A DNA stretch of 64,000 bases from Cyanobacteria bacterium OH_PDB_230 (GCA_023421795.1 JAEZSO010000001.1:202556-266555); one strand, 5' to 3'. Positions 19,162 to 29,619 are shown, counted from the stretch's first letter. Notes: generated from the sequence alone by a model not told the origin. Numbers and translations are program-made.

Positions 19162-20109
19162 ATGCCTGATATTTCTGTAATAATACCAATATATAAAGAG
19201 AAAAAAGAGTACTTTGAGCAGGCAATCGAATCTGTTCTCAACCAATCAATTAAAAATATAGAAATTCTATGCATAATAGATGGGGCAGCTCCTGAAATAA
19301 CACCTTTAATAGAGACTTTCTGTAAATCCGACAAAAGAATAAAGTTTTTTAAAAATAGTCACAAAGGCCCCGGGAAAACAAGAAATTTTGGGATAAAAAA
19401 AGCCAGAGGCAAATACATAGCATTTATGGATTCTGATGACTATTATCCTTCTCAAGATGTATTAGAGTCTTTATTCTCTGTTGCTGAAGAAACAAAGATA
19501 AAAGTAGTTGGCGGAAAAACGCTATTTGAAAGTCCAGCGGGATTAGAACCGCCACATTGGTTTTTCAAAAATTATGAAAAACTGTTTTCTGATAAGGCTG
19601 TACAATTAAAAGATTATCAATTATGTTGGGGGTATTGGTGCTTTATATATGAGAGAGAATTTATTCTGAAAAACAGAATTTATTTTCCCGATTATATGAG
19701 ATATCAGGATCCTCCGTGGTTTCTAAAAGCATTGAACAAAGCAGGTGTTTTTTATGCTATGGATAAAGTAACTTACATACATAGAGAACAAGAAGGCAGA
19801 AATTGGCTTAATTCTAACAGGAAAGTAAAAGACCACTTCAAGGGCATTTCTGACGTTCTGCAATATAGTGCGAAAAACCATCTGGATGACTTACATAATT
19901 TTATATACAAAAAATTTCTTACAAATGATGAAAATATACTAAAAAATATAAAGACAACTTTTTTTATATCAAAAGCCGGAATCATAAACCATATATTGAA
20001 ATCAATAGACCCTTCTATTATAAATAAGAGCGATGAGGAATTGCCTTATTTCAAAAATTATAAAGACTATAAAAATAGACGCTCTTTATACAACTTAATA
20101 GATCATTAG
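19162..20109 (+). CDS. Glycosyltransferase family 2
   Basis: 'ISVIIPIYKEKKEYFEQAIESVLNQS...IEILCIIDG' and the 'FMDSDDY' DxD motif. Confidence 0.8.
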   Translation: MPDISVIIPIYKEKKEYFEQAIESVLNQSIKNIEILCIIDGAAPEITPLIETFCKSDKRIKFFKNSHKGPGKTRNFGIKKARGKYIAFMDSDDYYPSQDVLESLFSVAEETKIKVVGGKTLFESPAGLEPPHWFFKNYEKLFSDKAVQLKDYQLCWGYWCFIYEREFILKNRIYFPDYMRYQDPPWFLKALNKAGVFYAMDKVTYIHREQEGRNWLNSNRKVKDHFKGISDVLQYSAKNHLDDLHNFIYKKFLTNDENILKNIKTTFFISKAGIINHILKSIDPSIINKSDEELPYFKNYKDYKNRRSLYNLIDH

Positions 20110-20309
20110 AATAAATAATTCTTATAAATTAATCGAAAGATCAAACCGTCAGTAGCAAACACTCAGGCTGAATGCTCAGCGCAATCGGAAATAAAAGGCA
20201 TTATCAATAATAAATGCTGAAGATTATGGCCTTACTTCTTTTTTGTTTAGTATTTTGATATACTAGAAATTAATTATTTTGGCGAATTTAGAGGGAGTTT
20301 AATACTAAT

Positions 20310-22082
20310 ATGAAAAAAGGTCTGTTTTTGTTAATTGCAGTAACAATTGCTGGTTCAAGTTGTTTTGCGGATAATCTTTATGATTCAGGAAAAGTCGTGC
20401 CTGCTATCACAAAAACACCAAAAATAATTCATACCATAGAAATCGACGAACTAAGAAAAAAATATTTTATAACACCTGATGATTTTAACTTGTCATTACA
20501 AATTGCCGCATTACTTTATAAAGATGACAAATACAATGAATCAATGAATCAACTCGACTCCGATTTAAGAATGGCCAAAGATAATCCTGACAAGTTAAAT
20601 GAATTTAAAGAAATTGTTTTTAAAAGAATAGAATCCGATCCTGAGTTTGAATTTAATTACATAGCATTGGGTAAGTTTTATAGACAACAAGGTGATCATG
20701 AGGCTTCTTTCATTCAATATCAAAAAGCCGCGAAACTAGCACCTTCAAATGTGATATTACAAATAGAAGTGGCAAAAAAGCATCAAAGAAATGGTGAATA
20801 TACAAAAGCTATAGCTATTTATGACAAGGTTTTAAGAAAAAACCCCTACTTCAAAGGAATTATAGCTTTTAGAGGAGATTGCTATTATGAATTAGGAGAG
20901 ATAGAAAAAGCTGAAGCTGACTACAGAGCAGGATTAGCAATGGAACCTGAATTCTCTAATTCTGCAATAGGTTTATATAAATGTTTAAAAAATAACAGAA
21001 GTGTATCCGCAATTTTCAAAGAAATTTACCCAATTTATAAAACAAAACCAATAACCTCACAAAATTATATTGATTTTGTAGCAGGTGCAAAATATTATGT
21101 GAATGTTTCAACAGATTATAAAGATGCTCGATTTGACGTAAAAGAAATAATTAGAATATATAATGAGGTGCTTAAAATAGACCCGTTGAACACCGTTGCA
21201 TATGGGGATTTGGAGTATTTTTATAAAGAACAAAATGATTACAAAAATATGAAAAATCTTCTTTATAAATGCATGACCCCGGTTAAAGATAAAAAGACAG
21301 GTGAATTAAAAACCGTTGATTATCCGTCTGTTCAAATTGCTTCAACATTGGCAAATATGTCTCCCAACCTTCTTATAGATGCACAAGAATTGATAAAAAC
21401 AAACCATAAAAAGGAAGCAGCAGAGCTACTTGACCGAATAAAAGAAGAGACTCCTGAAATATGCCTTTTGAAAGCCCAGGTATTTTCTGATTTAGAATAC
21501 CAAGATAATTCAATCTTCTGGCATAAAAAGGCTCTAGAATTTTCACCTAATAATACAGAATTGCTGTATTCAATCGCAAAAGAATACGAAAAGATGATGG
21601 AATATGATCCGGCTAAAGAATACATTAGACAGGCCTTAATAATCGATCCTAAAAATAAAAAATATACAAAATTACAGGAAAATATTATCATAGCTCAAAA
21701 TGATGAATTAATTAAAATGGCACATGATCATTTAGGCGATGAGGACAATCAAGTTTTGTCAGAAACGATTGATAAACTTTTTTCTAATCCTTATTTGAAT
21801 GCTGAAGCTTACATCATAGGGGGATTGGTAAAACAAAAATTCGGTGATGAAAATGAGGCACTTCTATATTTCGTGAAAGCAATCGAATTGGATTCTAAAA
21901 ACGTTTTAGCTCTTCGTTTAGCAGCGGAAAGATATGAAGCGCAAGATCAAAATCAGGCAGTAAAATATTATAAACAATGCGTATTAGCAGCAAAAGACCC
22001 CAATGATCCTGATGCTCAGTATGCTGCAAGCAAGTTGTTGGAGCTTAATCAGGTTGTGCCGGTTAACTATATAAAAAAATAG
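20310..22082 (+). CDS. Secreted, possibly lipidated, TPR-repeat protein
   Basis: Signal peptide 'MKKGLFLLIAVTIAGSSC' and multiple TPR-like units ('Y..LG..Y...G....A...Y.KA....P'). A strong SD 'gagggag' precedes the ATG. Confidence 0.7.
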   Translation: MKKGLFLLIAVTIAGSSCFADNLYDSGKVVPAITKTPKIIHTIEIDELRKKYFITPDDFNLSLQIAALLYKDDKYNESMNQLDSDLRMAKDNPDKLNEFKEIVFKRIESDPEFEFNYIALGKFYRQQGDHEASFIQYQKAAKLAPSNVILQIEVAKKHQRNGEYTKAIAIYDKVLRKNPYFKGIIAFRGDCYYELGEIEKAEADYRAGLAMEPEFSNSAIGLYKCLKNNRSVSAIFKEIYPIYKTKPITSQNYIDFVAGAKYYVNVSTDYKDARFDVKEIIRIYNEVLKIDPLNTVAYGDLEYFYKEQNDYKNMKNLLYKCMTPVKDKKTGELKTVDYPSVQIASTLANMSPNLLIDAQELIKTNHKKEAAELLDRIKEETPEICLLKAQVFSDLEYQDNSIFWHKKALEFSPNNTELLYSIAKEYEKMMEYDPAKEYIRQALIIDPKNKKYTKLQENIIIAQNDELIKMAHDHLGDEDNQVLSETIDKLFSNPYLNAEAYIIGGLVKQKFGDENEALLYFVKAIELDSKNVLALRLAAERYEAQDQNQAVKYYKQCVLAAKDPNDPDAQYAASKLLELNQVVPVNYIKK

Positions 22083-22188
22083 TTAAAACAAACTGCTGTA
22101 TAAAAGTCTATGGGGCAGTCAAATAAAGCGTTAATATACCTTTTTAGCTTTGTTTGAATATCTGCCATTTTCGTAAAACTAAGATATG

Positions 22189-23085
22189 TTAGTTTATATT
22201 AAGCATATTGCCGAGAAGTAGGTCATATTCGGATTTATTAAAAATCATAAATCCACTTGAGGGGGTAAATGTTAATTCGGCAAAGTAGAGTTTTTTATCT
22301 ACTTCATAAAAATCGACCCTTACGAACTTAAAGTCCTTAGCAAGTATTTCGGCTGTTTCTAACATTGAATCGAAATTATGCGGTTTTGGGATTTCTCCCT
22401 CGTAGATGTTTTTTGTATGCCCAAAATTTTGCTTTTCCCATTTTGTGTTATAAATAATAATCTTATCGTCAATTATTTGATCTTTGAAAAATGTAAATTT
22501 ATAATATTCTATAAAAACAGGCTTTCCGTTCATGCATAGAACTTTGTAGTCAGAGAGTCTTCCTTTTGTCTCTTCAAATAATTGTTCTTCAGCATATATT
22601 TTGGGCGAAATTCCATTATATTGAAGCTCAAATCCTGATACAAAGGCAAAATTTGTTTTTAGCCATTTATCAAAAATTTTAGAAACCTGTTTTTTTCCTT
22701 TTTTAAGGAAATTATCCTTGTTTTCAACTCTTATATTCATCGCGCAACCGTGGTTGGCCTTCAGAAAGAAATTTGATGGCAAAATGTCAAAATCGATTTC
22801 ATCAAAAGAGTTCCATACGCCATAGATATAGGGATAATTTAAGCTATTGACCTTTTCTTGGCACCATTTTCTGGCTTGTAATTTGTCTGTTAATCTTGTT
22901 TTTAAAGGTATATTGTCATATAACTTAAGCCACTGAATTTTTTCAGTGAATGTTTTTGGGTTTTTTAGGTTTAATTTTTTTCCGGTTTTTTGTTTATAAA
23001 TTTTTTCGAGAAACCAAGGATAGAAATGTTCTGGCAAGCTTTTGTATAATAAATAAGAAAAATATTCTAGTGTGTTTTTATACAT
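22189..23085 (-). CDS. ATP-grasp fold protein, TupA-like (teichuronopeptide-type amidoligase family)
   Basis: The N-terminal 'LNLKNPKTFTEKIQWLKLYD' and 'FFLKANHGCAMNI' match the TupA-like ATP-grasp family found in glycan clusters. Confidence 0.75.
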   Translation of the reverse strand: MYKNTLEYFSYLLYKSLPEHFYPWFLEKIYKQKTGKKLNLKNPKTFTEKIQWLKLYDNIPLKTRLTDKLQARKWCQEKVNSLNYPYIYGVWNSFDEIDFDILPSNFFLKANHGCAMNIRVENKDNFLKKGKKQVSKIFDKWLKTNFAFVSGFELQYNGISPKIYAEEQLFEETKGRLSDYKVLCMNGKPVFIEYYKFTFFKDQIIDDKIIIYNTKWEKQNFGHTKNIYEGEIPKPHNFDSMLETAEILAKDFKFVRVDFYEVDKKLYFAELTFTPSSGFMIFNKSEYDLLLGNMLNIN

Positions 23086-23119
23086 AAATCTAAAGATTAA
23101 TAATTTCTAAAAAGCAGAA

Positions 23120-23257
23120 TTACTTTGTTGCATAACCACTCCATGACGTATCAATTAGTTCGTCATAGAAGTTTTGTGTACTCATTAGGTCATGATCGCT
23201 TTGAGTTGTGTTATTTACATTAAATAAGTTTTTTAAAAAAGTTAAAAAATTATTCAA
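23120..23257 (-). CDS. Candidate 45-aa small ORF upstream of the ATP-grasp gene (unannotated)
   Basis: A perfect SD 'aaggagg' (23264-23270, minus strand) lies 6 nt before a TTG start. Translation: MNNFLTFLKNLFNVNNTTQSDHDLMSTQNFYDELIDTSWSGYATK*. The ORF ends 34 nt before the ATP-grasp ATG. Confidence 0.35.
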   Translation of the reverse strand: MNNFLTFLKNLFNVNNTTQSDHDLMSTQNFYDELIDTSWSGYATK

Positions 23258-23408
23258 AATAAACCTCCTTTAGTACATTGCGTGAAATTTATTATACAAT
23301 ATTCACTAAAACATTATATCAAATAATAACAAATTCTTCAATCCTCTTGCAATTTAATGCTTTTACCTCAATAATCTAATTAGGATAAAAAGGAATTCAT
23401 TATTAAAA

Positions 23409-25136
23409 ATGTGCGGCATATTTGGCATTAAAGGAATAAATGTAAACATAGAAACAGTGCGGCAAGAGCTAGAGCACAGAGGTCCTGATTTCTTTGCTTC
23501 AAAGACAGCCTCGGATTGGACTTTCGCTCATTCAAGGTTGTCAATAATCGATTTGTCTGAAAAAGGCAATCAACCAATTGAAATCGATGGAGATTTGTTG
23601 ATTTTCAATGGCGAAATCTATAATTACATTGAACTAAAACAAGAATATTTAAATAATGTTGAAACTTTTTCTTGTTCTGATGCCGAAATTTTGCTTCTTC
23701 TTTTGCAAAGATACGGTCTCAATATATTAAATAAATTAAATGGAATGTTTGCTTTTGCTTTTTTTGATAATAAAAACAAATCGGTGCATTTAGTAAGAGA
23801 CCGTTATGGGGTTAAGCCGCTGTATTATTGGGCAAAAGACGGTAAATTTGCTTTTTGCTCAGAAGACTCTGCTTTAATAAATATCTTAAAACTGCCTTAT
23901 ATCTTTAATGATGAATATAAGGATTTATTAATTGAAAAAGCTATTTCTGATTTTGATGAAAATACTTGCATAAGAGACATTTATCAGGTTTGCCCGGGAG
24001 AATATCTAAAAATCAATGATGATTGCAGCATTGAAAAGACAAAATGGTATAACTATTCGGATTATGATTGCGGTTGTGTTGACTATGAAAAAGATTCTGA
24101 AGTAATCGAACACTTTGAATACTTGTTGACAGATTCCATAAAGCTCAGACATAGATCAGATGTTCCTGTTGCCATAACATTGTCAGGTGGCTTGGATTCT
24201 TCTTTAATATATGTTTTGTCAAAAGAAAATCTAGGAACAGACTATGGGGTTTTTACCTATTCCAATAAAAATAAAAATTTAGATGAATTTGAAAAAGTGA
24301 AACGACTTACATCTGAATATGGCGATAGGGTTACGAGAATTGATTATGGTGATGAAACATTGGAAATATTTTCAAAATCCTTACAGGCACTGAATTCTCC
24401 TATTTGGACACCTGCACATACAGCTTATTACAGTGTCTATAAAAAAATAAACGAAAATAATTATAAAGTTGTAATAGAAGGCCACGGCTCAGATGAAATC
24501 CTTGGCGGATGGGCTTATACCTTCCCATTTGCCATAAAAGAATCTTTAGCTAATTTCAAATTTAAATTAAGTTATGATATTTATAAAGCTTATAAATATT
24601 GTGATTTGGCAGAAAAATCAAATTCGGGTTTGGATTTTTTTCAGTTGTTTAAATTTAATAAAAAAGATAAAAACTGTTTTGAAGGATTGTTGGAATACAT
24701 ATTTACAAAAAAAGTTTTGCCCATAAATCTAAGATGCTGGGACAGGCTGTCTATGGCGCATTCCGTGGAGTCCAGAAGTCCATTTTTGGATTTTAGGTTG
24801 GTTGAATTCACAAAAAAACTGCCTCTCAGGTATAAAATCAATAAAATCGGAAATAAAGCGATATTGAGGAAAATATTATACAAGTATGGCAAAAACTATA
24901 TTGCGGATAATAAGCTTAAACAGCCTTATCTTGCTTCAGAAGGGGATTTTTTATCAGAAAACTGCCGTTTTTTGCTGAAATATTATGATAATAATAAGTT
25001 TAATTATGACATTTTAAACTGGGAACAAGGCAATTTTTCTAATGGCTATGACCCCAGAATATATAGAGCTATTGCTTTTGAAATGTTAAGAGAACATTAT
25101 AGCAAGGAGTCTCTAAGTAATAGCTGTATTTTTTGA
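23409..25136 (+). CDS. Asparagine synthase (glutamine-hydrolysing) family amidotransferase
   Basis: N-terminal nucleophile 'MCGI', 'RGPD', 'NGEIYNY' and the PP-loop 'SGGLDSS'. Confidence 0.85.
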   Translation: MCGIFGIKGINVNIETVRQELEHRGPDFFASKTASDWTFAHSRLSIIDLSEKGNQPIEIDGDLLIFNGEIYNYIELKQEYLNNVETFSCSDAEILLLLLQRYGLNILNKLNGMFAFAFFDNKNKSVHLVRDRYGVKPLYYWAKDGKFAFCSEDSALINILKLPYIFNDEYKDLLIEKAISDFDENTCIRDIYQVCPGEYLKINDDCSIEKTKWYNYSDYDCGCVDYEKDSEVIEHFEYLLTDSIKLRHRSDVPVAITLSGGLDSSLIYVLSKENLGTDYGVFTYSNKNKNLDEFEKVKRLTSEYGDRVTRIDYGDETLEIFSKSLQALNSPIWTPAHTAYYSVYKKINENNYKVVIEGHGSDEILGGWAYTFPFAIKESLANFKFKLSYDIYKAYKYCDLAEKSNSGLDFFQLFKFNKKDKNCFEGLLEYIFTKKVLPINLRCWDRLSMAHSVESRSPFLDFRLVEFTKKLPLRYKINKIGNKAILRKILYKYGKNYIADNKLKQPYLASEGDFLSENCRFLLKYYDNNKFNYDILNWEQGNFSNGYDPRIYRAIAFEMLREHYSKESLSNSCIF

Positions 25137-27103
25137 AAAGGTATAATTTTTACTTTTTCTTTACTTTTTATGTAATTAACATTTTGTACACAATCCAATG
25201 AATCTTTTAAAAATTTTAATGATTGGCTTCTTGAATTTGATAAAATATTTTCTGCCATATCATAATTTATAGTGGAATTGTAGACTGCTGAGATATCAAC
25301 GTCAGCGAACGAGTTATAAATTCTATCTTGTAAGTTCAGCAAATTTAGTAGGTTTTTAGCTCTTGTTCCCCCAAGCTTGTTTATATAAATGAAATTTTTT
25401 CTGAAAATAACAGAAAAACAAACACCGTGAAAAGAATCTGTAACAACTATTGAAGCGTTTTTTATATAATTCAGCCATTTAGCTACTGAAGTGATTTTGA
25501 CAACCGGTTCCTCTATGAATGTTGATTTCTCTCTTGCGATGTTGATGAGAGGGATATTTAGTTTTTTTGAAAAATTTTCTAAACAGATTGTGTTTTCTGC
25601 TTCTTGTTTCAAATAATCGTTTGATAGCATATAAAACGCAATATAATCACCATTATTTTCTACAGGTTCTGTATCAATAATTTTTTGGTAGTGCTCTTTG
25701 GTTAAAAGCAATGTCGGATCAAGTGTTTCGGTGCAGTTGATATCATCACCGAATATATTATGGATGACTTCTTTGGCGCTACTTTCTCGAACCGAAATAA
25801 AATCAAATCTTTTTAATAACGTTCTGGCTTTCTTTATCGCCTTTTGGGTTCCAACAAAAGTCTCCATCCCAAAGCTTGCAGCATAGGCAATTATGCCTTT
25901 ATCTTCTTTTGCGAAGTCAAGGAAATATTGTGTAGAAAATTTTCTTGTGTTTATCGTGTTCCAAACCTGATCAGAGCCGACAACAAAAATTGAAAAATCC
26001 TTGTTCAATTCGTAAAATTGACTTGGTTTCCAGAGCCTTTCAGTAAGAGGAATAAATTGCTTTCTGAAATTCACGATTCCTGAGGTTATGTGTTGATACT
26101 TGGGGGATAAGTTGGTTTTTGTATTCAAATTTATGACAGTTGGGTTTAAGCCAAATTCTTTAATTATTTGGCACATCGCATAAGGGACCAAATTCGCGCC
26201 GAAATTTGTGTCGTCAGAAGCAAAACACAATATGCCTACATTTTTTGAAATATCTTTTGGGTTCGATTTTCCAAATTTTCCGAATATTTTCGAGAAGTAT
26301 TTGTGATACGCCTTGAGTACCTCAAGCTTTTTCTTCGAATTGTTTGCAGAAAGATACCAAAATCGTAAATCCTTTAGAAACACATTTTTTATAAGAGTTT
26401 TTGTCTTTTTATCCGCATTTATAAAATATTCTTGAGATTCTAAATATTGACAAGCTTTTATCATATTTTCAAACACAAATTTATAGTTTTTATGACTTAA
26501 ACTTTTCTCTCGGATCTGATAGTTATACAACACTTTATTTATAAATGATATTTTAGGCTTTTTTATAAATACATCAATACAAAAAACTCGATCTTCACTT
26601 ATTTCGAGAGTTTCACAAAATCTTATATTGTGCTCTTTCAAATATCCTGTCCTATAAGCTTTGTTCCATACAACCAGCTCTAAATTGAAAGGGTTGTTTT
26701 GCGGTTTTTTTGATATTTTATACGTTTTGCTCTTATCTTTGTGATGAAATTGAAAATTAAAAAAGATAATGTCAGAAGATTCCTCATCGGCTGTTTTTTG
26801 ATTAATAATTTCAATCATATTTTCTTCAAGCCAATCATCAGAGTCTAAAAATAATAAGTAATCTCCTGAAACTATTTCTAAAGCAGCATTTCTTGCCGAG
26901 GAAACTCCCTTTTTGTTTTGTTTTATGATTTTTATTCTTTCGTCATTATATTTTTTGAGTATTTCAGAAGATCCGTCAGTAGACCCATCGTCAACACAAA
27001 TGATTTCTATGTCTTGGAATGTTTGGTTAATTACACTGTCGAGACACCTTTGTAAGTATTTTTCCGTATTATAGACGGGAATAACTATGGATATTTTTGG
27101 CAT
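25097..27103 (-). CDS. Fusion protein: N-terminal family 2 glycosyltransferase and C-terminal polysaccharide pyruvyl transferase
   Basis: The N-terminus has 'ISIVIPVYNTEKYLQRCLDSVINQTFQDIEIICVDDGSTDGS...LDSDD'. The C-terminal half has 'NFGANL', 'VGSDQVWN' and 'VVTDSFHGVCFSVIF', typical of the PS_pyruv_trans family. Confidence 0.75.
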   Translation of the reverse strand: MPKISIVIPVYNTEKYLQRCLDSVINQTFQDIEIICVDDGSTDGSSEILKKYNDERIKIIKQNKKGVSSARNAALEIVSGDYLLFLDSDDWLEENMIEIINQKTADEESSDIIFFNFQFHHKDKSKTYKISKKPQNNPFNLELVVWNKAYRTGYLKEHNIRFCETLEISEDRVFCIDVFIKKPKISFINKVLYNYQIREKSLSHKNYKFVFENMIKACQYLESQEYFINADKKTKTLIKNVFLKDLRFWYLSANNSKKKLEVLKAYHKYFSKIFGKFGKSNPKDISKNVGILCFASDDTNFGANLVPYAMCQIIKEFGLNPTVINLNTKTNLSPKYQHITSGIVNFRKQFIPLTERLWKPSQFYELNKDFSIFVVGSDQVWNTINTRKFSTQYFLDFAKEDKGIIAYAASFGMETFVGTQKAIKKARTLLKRFDFISVRESSAKEVIHNIFGDDINCTETLDPTLLLTKEHYQKIIDTEPVENNGDYIAFYMLSNDYLKQEAENTICLENFSKKLNIPLINIAREKSTFIEEPVVKITSVAKWLNYIKNASIVVTDSFHGVCFSVIFRKNFIYINKLGGTRAKNLLNLLNLQDRIYNSFADVDISAVYNSTINYDMAENILSNSRSQSLKFLKDSLDCVQNVNYIKSKEKVKIIPFQKIQLLLRDSLL

Positions 27104-27117
27104 GATATAATCATTAT

Positions 27118-28089
27118 ATGATAAAAAATCTTTTGATATTAATTAACAGGAATATTGTTTTAATCGAAAATTACAGATTAAAAAGTGCTTTCAATATTAA
27201 ACATCACTTTATTGATTATATTTTTGCTTTTAACGAATTCACTCAAAAAATTTTTAGGATTTATTTTCGCCTGTTTTCCGTGTTCGGTTATCTTTTAAAT
27301 AAAAAAGTCTCGATAAGAAGTATGGATTTTAATTTGACTACCGAGTGTTCCTTAAAATGCAAAGAATGTGCTTCCATGATGCCTTTTTATGATAGAGAGC
27401 ACCAATATACAATAACGTTTGACCAGTTCAAATGTGACTTGGACAAGTTGATGCAAGGAGTAGACAAAATATATCGTCTTAAATTGATTGGTGGAGAGCC
27501 TCTTTTGGTTAATGATTTGGACAAAATGCTTGATTATACCTGCAAGAAAAAGAAAGTTGTTTCTGTCGAGATAATTACAAATGGTACTCTTATCCTCTCA
27601 GATACTCTATGCTCTGTTCTTGAAAAATATAAGCACAAAGCTCTGGTCGTAATTTCAGACTATACCGAAAATAAAGAACTTAAATCCATAAAAATCAATG
27701 AAATCATAGATAAGCTCAATGCATACGGAGCAAGCTGGCACATCTCAGACTACAGGTGGTTTGAAAAAGGCGATGTTTACAAAAGAAACAGAAGCGCTGA
27801 TGAGATAAAAAAAGTTTTTGAAAACTGTTGGCAAAAAGACTGTATTGCTCTAATGGACGGGAAATTTCACACTTGTACTCGTTCAGTTGCCATAGAGCGT
27901 TTGACTGATTATGAATTTTTAGAAGGTGAATTTATAAATATAAGGGCAGAATCTAATAAGGAATTAACGAAAAAAATGAGACAGTTCTTCGTTAGAGACT
28001 ATTTTAGCGTATGTGACTTCTGTATGTCCTGTTCTGACATAAGGCTTTCACCGGCTGTTCAAACTTCAGAAGTTTTAACAATTAAATAA
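27118..28089 (+). CDS. Radical SAM protein, small class with a C-terminal Cys cluster
   Basis: 'TECSLKCKEC' (Cx3Cx2C), 'LIGGEPLL' and a C-terminal 'CDFCMSC'. Paralogous to the ORFs at 52103 and 53013. The ATG lies only 14 nt from the divergent start at 27103. Confidence 0.7.
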   Translation: MIKNLLILINRNIVLIENYRLKSAFNIKHHFIDYIFAFNEFTQKIFRIYFRLFSVFGYLLNKKVSIRSMDFNLTTECSLKCKECASMMPFYDREHQYTITFDQFKCDLDKLMQGVDKIYRLKLIGGEPLLVNDLDKMLDYTCKKKKVVSVEIITNGTLILSDTLCSVLEKYKHKALVVISDYTENKELKSIKINEIIDKLNAYGASWHISDYRWFEKGDVYKRNRSADEIKKVFENCWQKDCIALMDGKFHTCTRSVAIERLTDYEFLEGEFINIRAESNKELTKKMRQFFVRDYFSVCDFCMSCSDIRLSPAVQTSEVLTIK

Positions 28090-29619
28090 CTTTTTAATGA
28101 TTGATTTAAACAGATACTTCAAAGAATTATATTTTTTCAATTCTTTTTTTAAATTTCTAACATCAACGATAAGGTTATTAAGATAAATTGAAGCGTAGTA
28201 CTCTGGAGCCACATATGCCGTGTAAAACCCGTCATTTTCAGCCAATGTGGGGATTAATCTCTCAATAGCGTGGGTTAATAGTCCATCCGAAGAAGCCAGC
28301 GGCTCTTGGGGAAAATCTTCAAAGCTAAGATTTGCAGATAAAAGAGTTGAAAAAGCCTTGCTTTTGAACCAGAACATCCCGCCAAAAGCCCCTATTGGGT
28401 TGTTGGTTTCAAGTTCAATATTTAAGTTCAATCTATTCTTAATGAACTTTTGGGCATTTTTGTAGTTATCCATCCATTCGTTGCCTATAACATGATAAGG
28501 CGAAATTGTTGGAGGGAAGGGAATTAATAAACCCAGTAATTCATTTTCTTCAAAAGTTGAAAGAATCTTTTCAACGTAGTTCTTGCTTGCAAGAAGTGAT
28601 TCAACGCAATGGTTTCTAAAGTCATCCCCTACTATATTTGTATTCATGTGGGAGCTTGTTTTGGAGTGTACAAAACAAATGTAGTCATATCTCTCTATTA
28701 CATCTTTGCAGGTTACAAGAAGAGCTGTGTTGTCGCGTCCTCTGTTCTCTTGAATTCGATATTCAATTCTGTTTTTATGGTTACAAAAAGCCAACCTGCA
28801 TTTTTCTTCGACACTGTTTGAGGTGGTAATAATATATATATCAGCGTTTTCAGGCATGAGATTTATGTACTTTGAAAAATATTCTATCAAATCTTGCTCA
28901 AATATATAAACAATGAGTGCTGTTTTTTTCCTGCTTGCTATCTTGGTCGTAGAATAATTAGACGGTAATATATAATTGAAATGCAGGTTATCATTTAAAA
29001 GGCTCGATTTGTTTTCTGAAATTAGATCCTTCAATATCAGATTAGTGTCATATGGCGTTTCGGTTTTTATATAGTCAAAAGCATATTTGATTCTGTAATT
29101 ATAGAATGTGAGATTTTCAATAAAGTTTCTCTTAGGTAAAAGCGGGCATTTCTTATGGATTATGTTGCTATCTATCTCAAGCTGATTATCCAGATATTTC
29201 CCATATTTAAAGCCTTTTCTTTCAAGAATTTTGATAAAATCATTCTTGTTAAATATTGATAAAAAATCTTTGAGCTTAAATACTTCTCTTTTAAAAACCA
29301 TCCAACATTTACTGTTGTCCAATGACCAAAAATCATATTCTGACATATGAGAAAATACCTTGTCAAAAGAGAAAAAAGGACCGTAGCAGGAATCATTTGT
29401 GAAAATTATTTCTTCATAATCCTCATAATCGATTGATGATAGTTGAGAATTTTCAATAATTTTTATATTGTTATCAAATTTACCCGATAGGTCTCTTCCA
29501 CTTATTATTACAATGTTAGAGGTTATATTCATCAGTTCTTTTATGGAATATAGAACATACTCAGGCACGTTCGCATCACCTGAATATGTATAAATAATAA
29601 GTCTTTTTATTGTTTCCAA
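28075..29619 (-). CDS. Rhamnan synthesis protein F (RgpF) family glycosyltransferase
   Basis: 'YDYICFVHSKTSSH' and 'GGMFWFKSKAF' resemble RgpF-family motifs, and the ~510-aa size fits. Confidence 0.7.
   Translation of the reverse strand: METIKRLIIYTYSGDANVPEYVLYSIKELMNITSNIVIISGRDLSGKFDNNIKIIENSQLSSIDYEDYEEIIFTNDSCYGPFFSFDKVFSHMSEYDFWSLDNSKCWMVFKREVFKLKDFLSIFNKNDFIKILERKGFKYGKYLDNQLEIDSNIIHKKCPLLPKRNFIENLTFYNYRIKYAFDYIKTETPYDTNLILKDLISENKSSLLNDNLHFNYILPSNYSTTKIASRKKTALIVYIFEQDLIEYFSKYINLMPENADIYIITTSNSVEEKCRLAFCNHKNRIEYRIQENRGRDNTALLVTCKDVIERYDYICFVHSKTSSHMNTNIVGDDFRNHCVESLLASKNYVEKILSTFEENELLGLLIPFPPTISPYHVIGNEWMDNYKNAQKFIKNRLNLNIELETNNPIGAFGGMFWFKSKAFSTLLSANLSFEDFPQEPLASSDGLLTHAIERLIPTLAENDGFYTAYVAPEYYASIYLNNLIVDVRNLKKELKKYNSLKYLFKSIIKKLFNC

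Noticed and set aside
22189-25136. Considered a lasso-peptide or graspetide gene cluster (Asn-synthetase homologue plus ATP-grasp)
   Set aside because: The AsnB-like protein keeps the N-terminal Cys glutaminase nucleophile and PP-loop of true amidotransferases. The ATP-grasp matches the TupA-like glycan family. No leader peptidase or B-protein is present. Only the small-ORF observation is kept as a finding.
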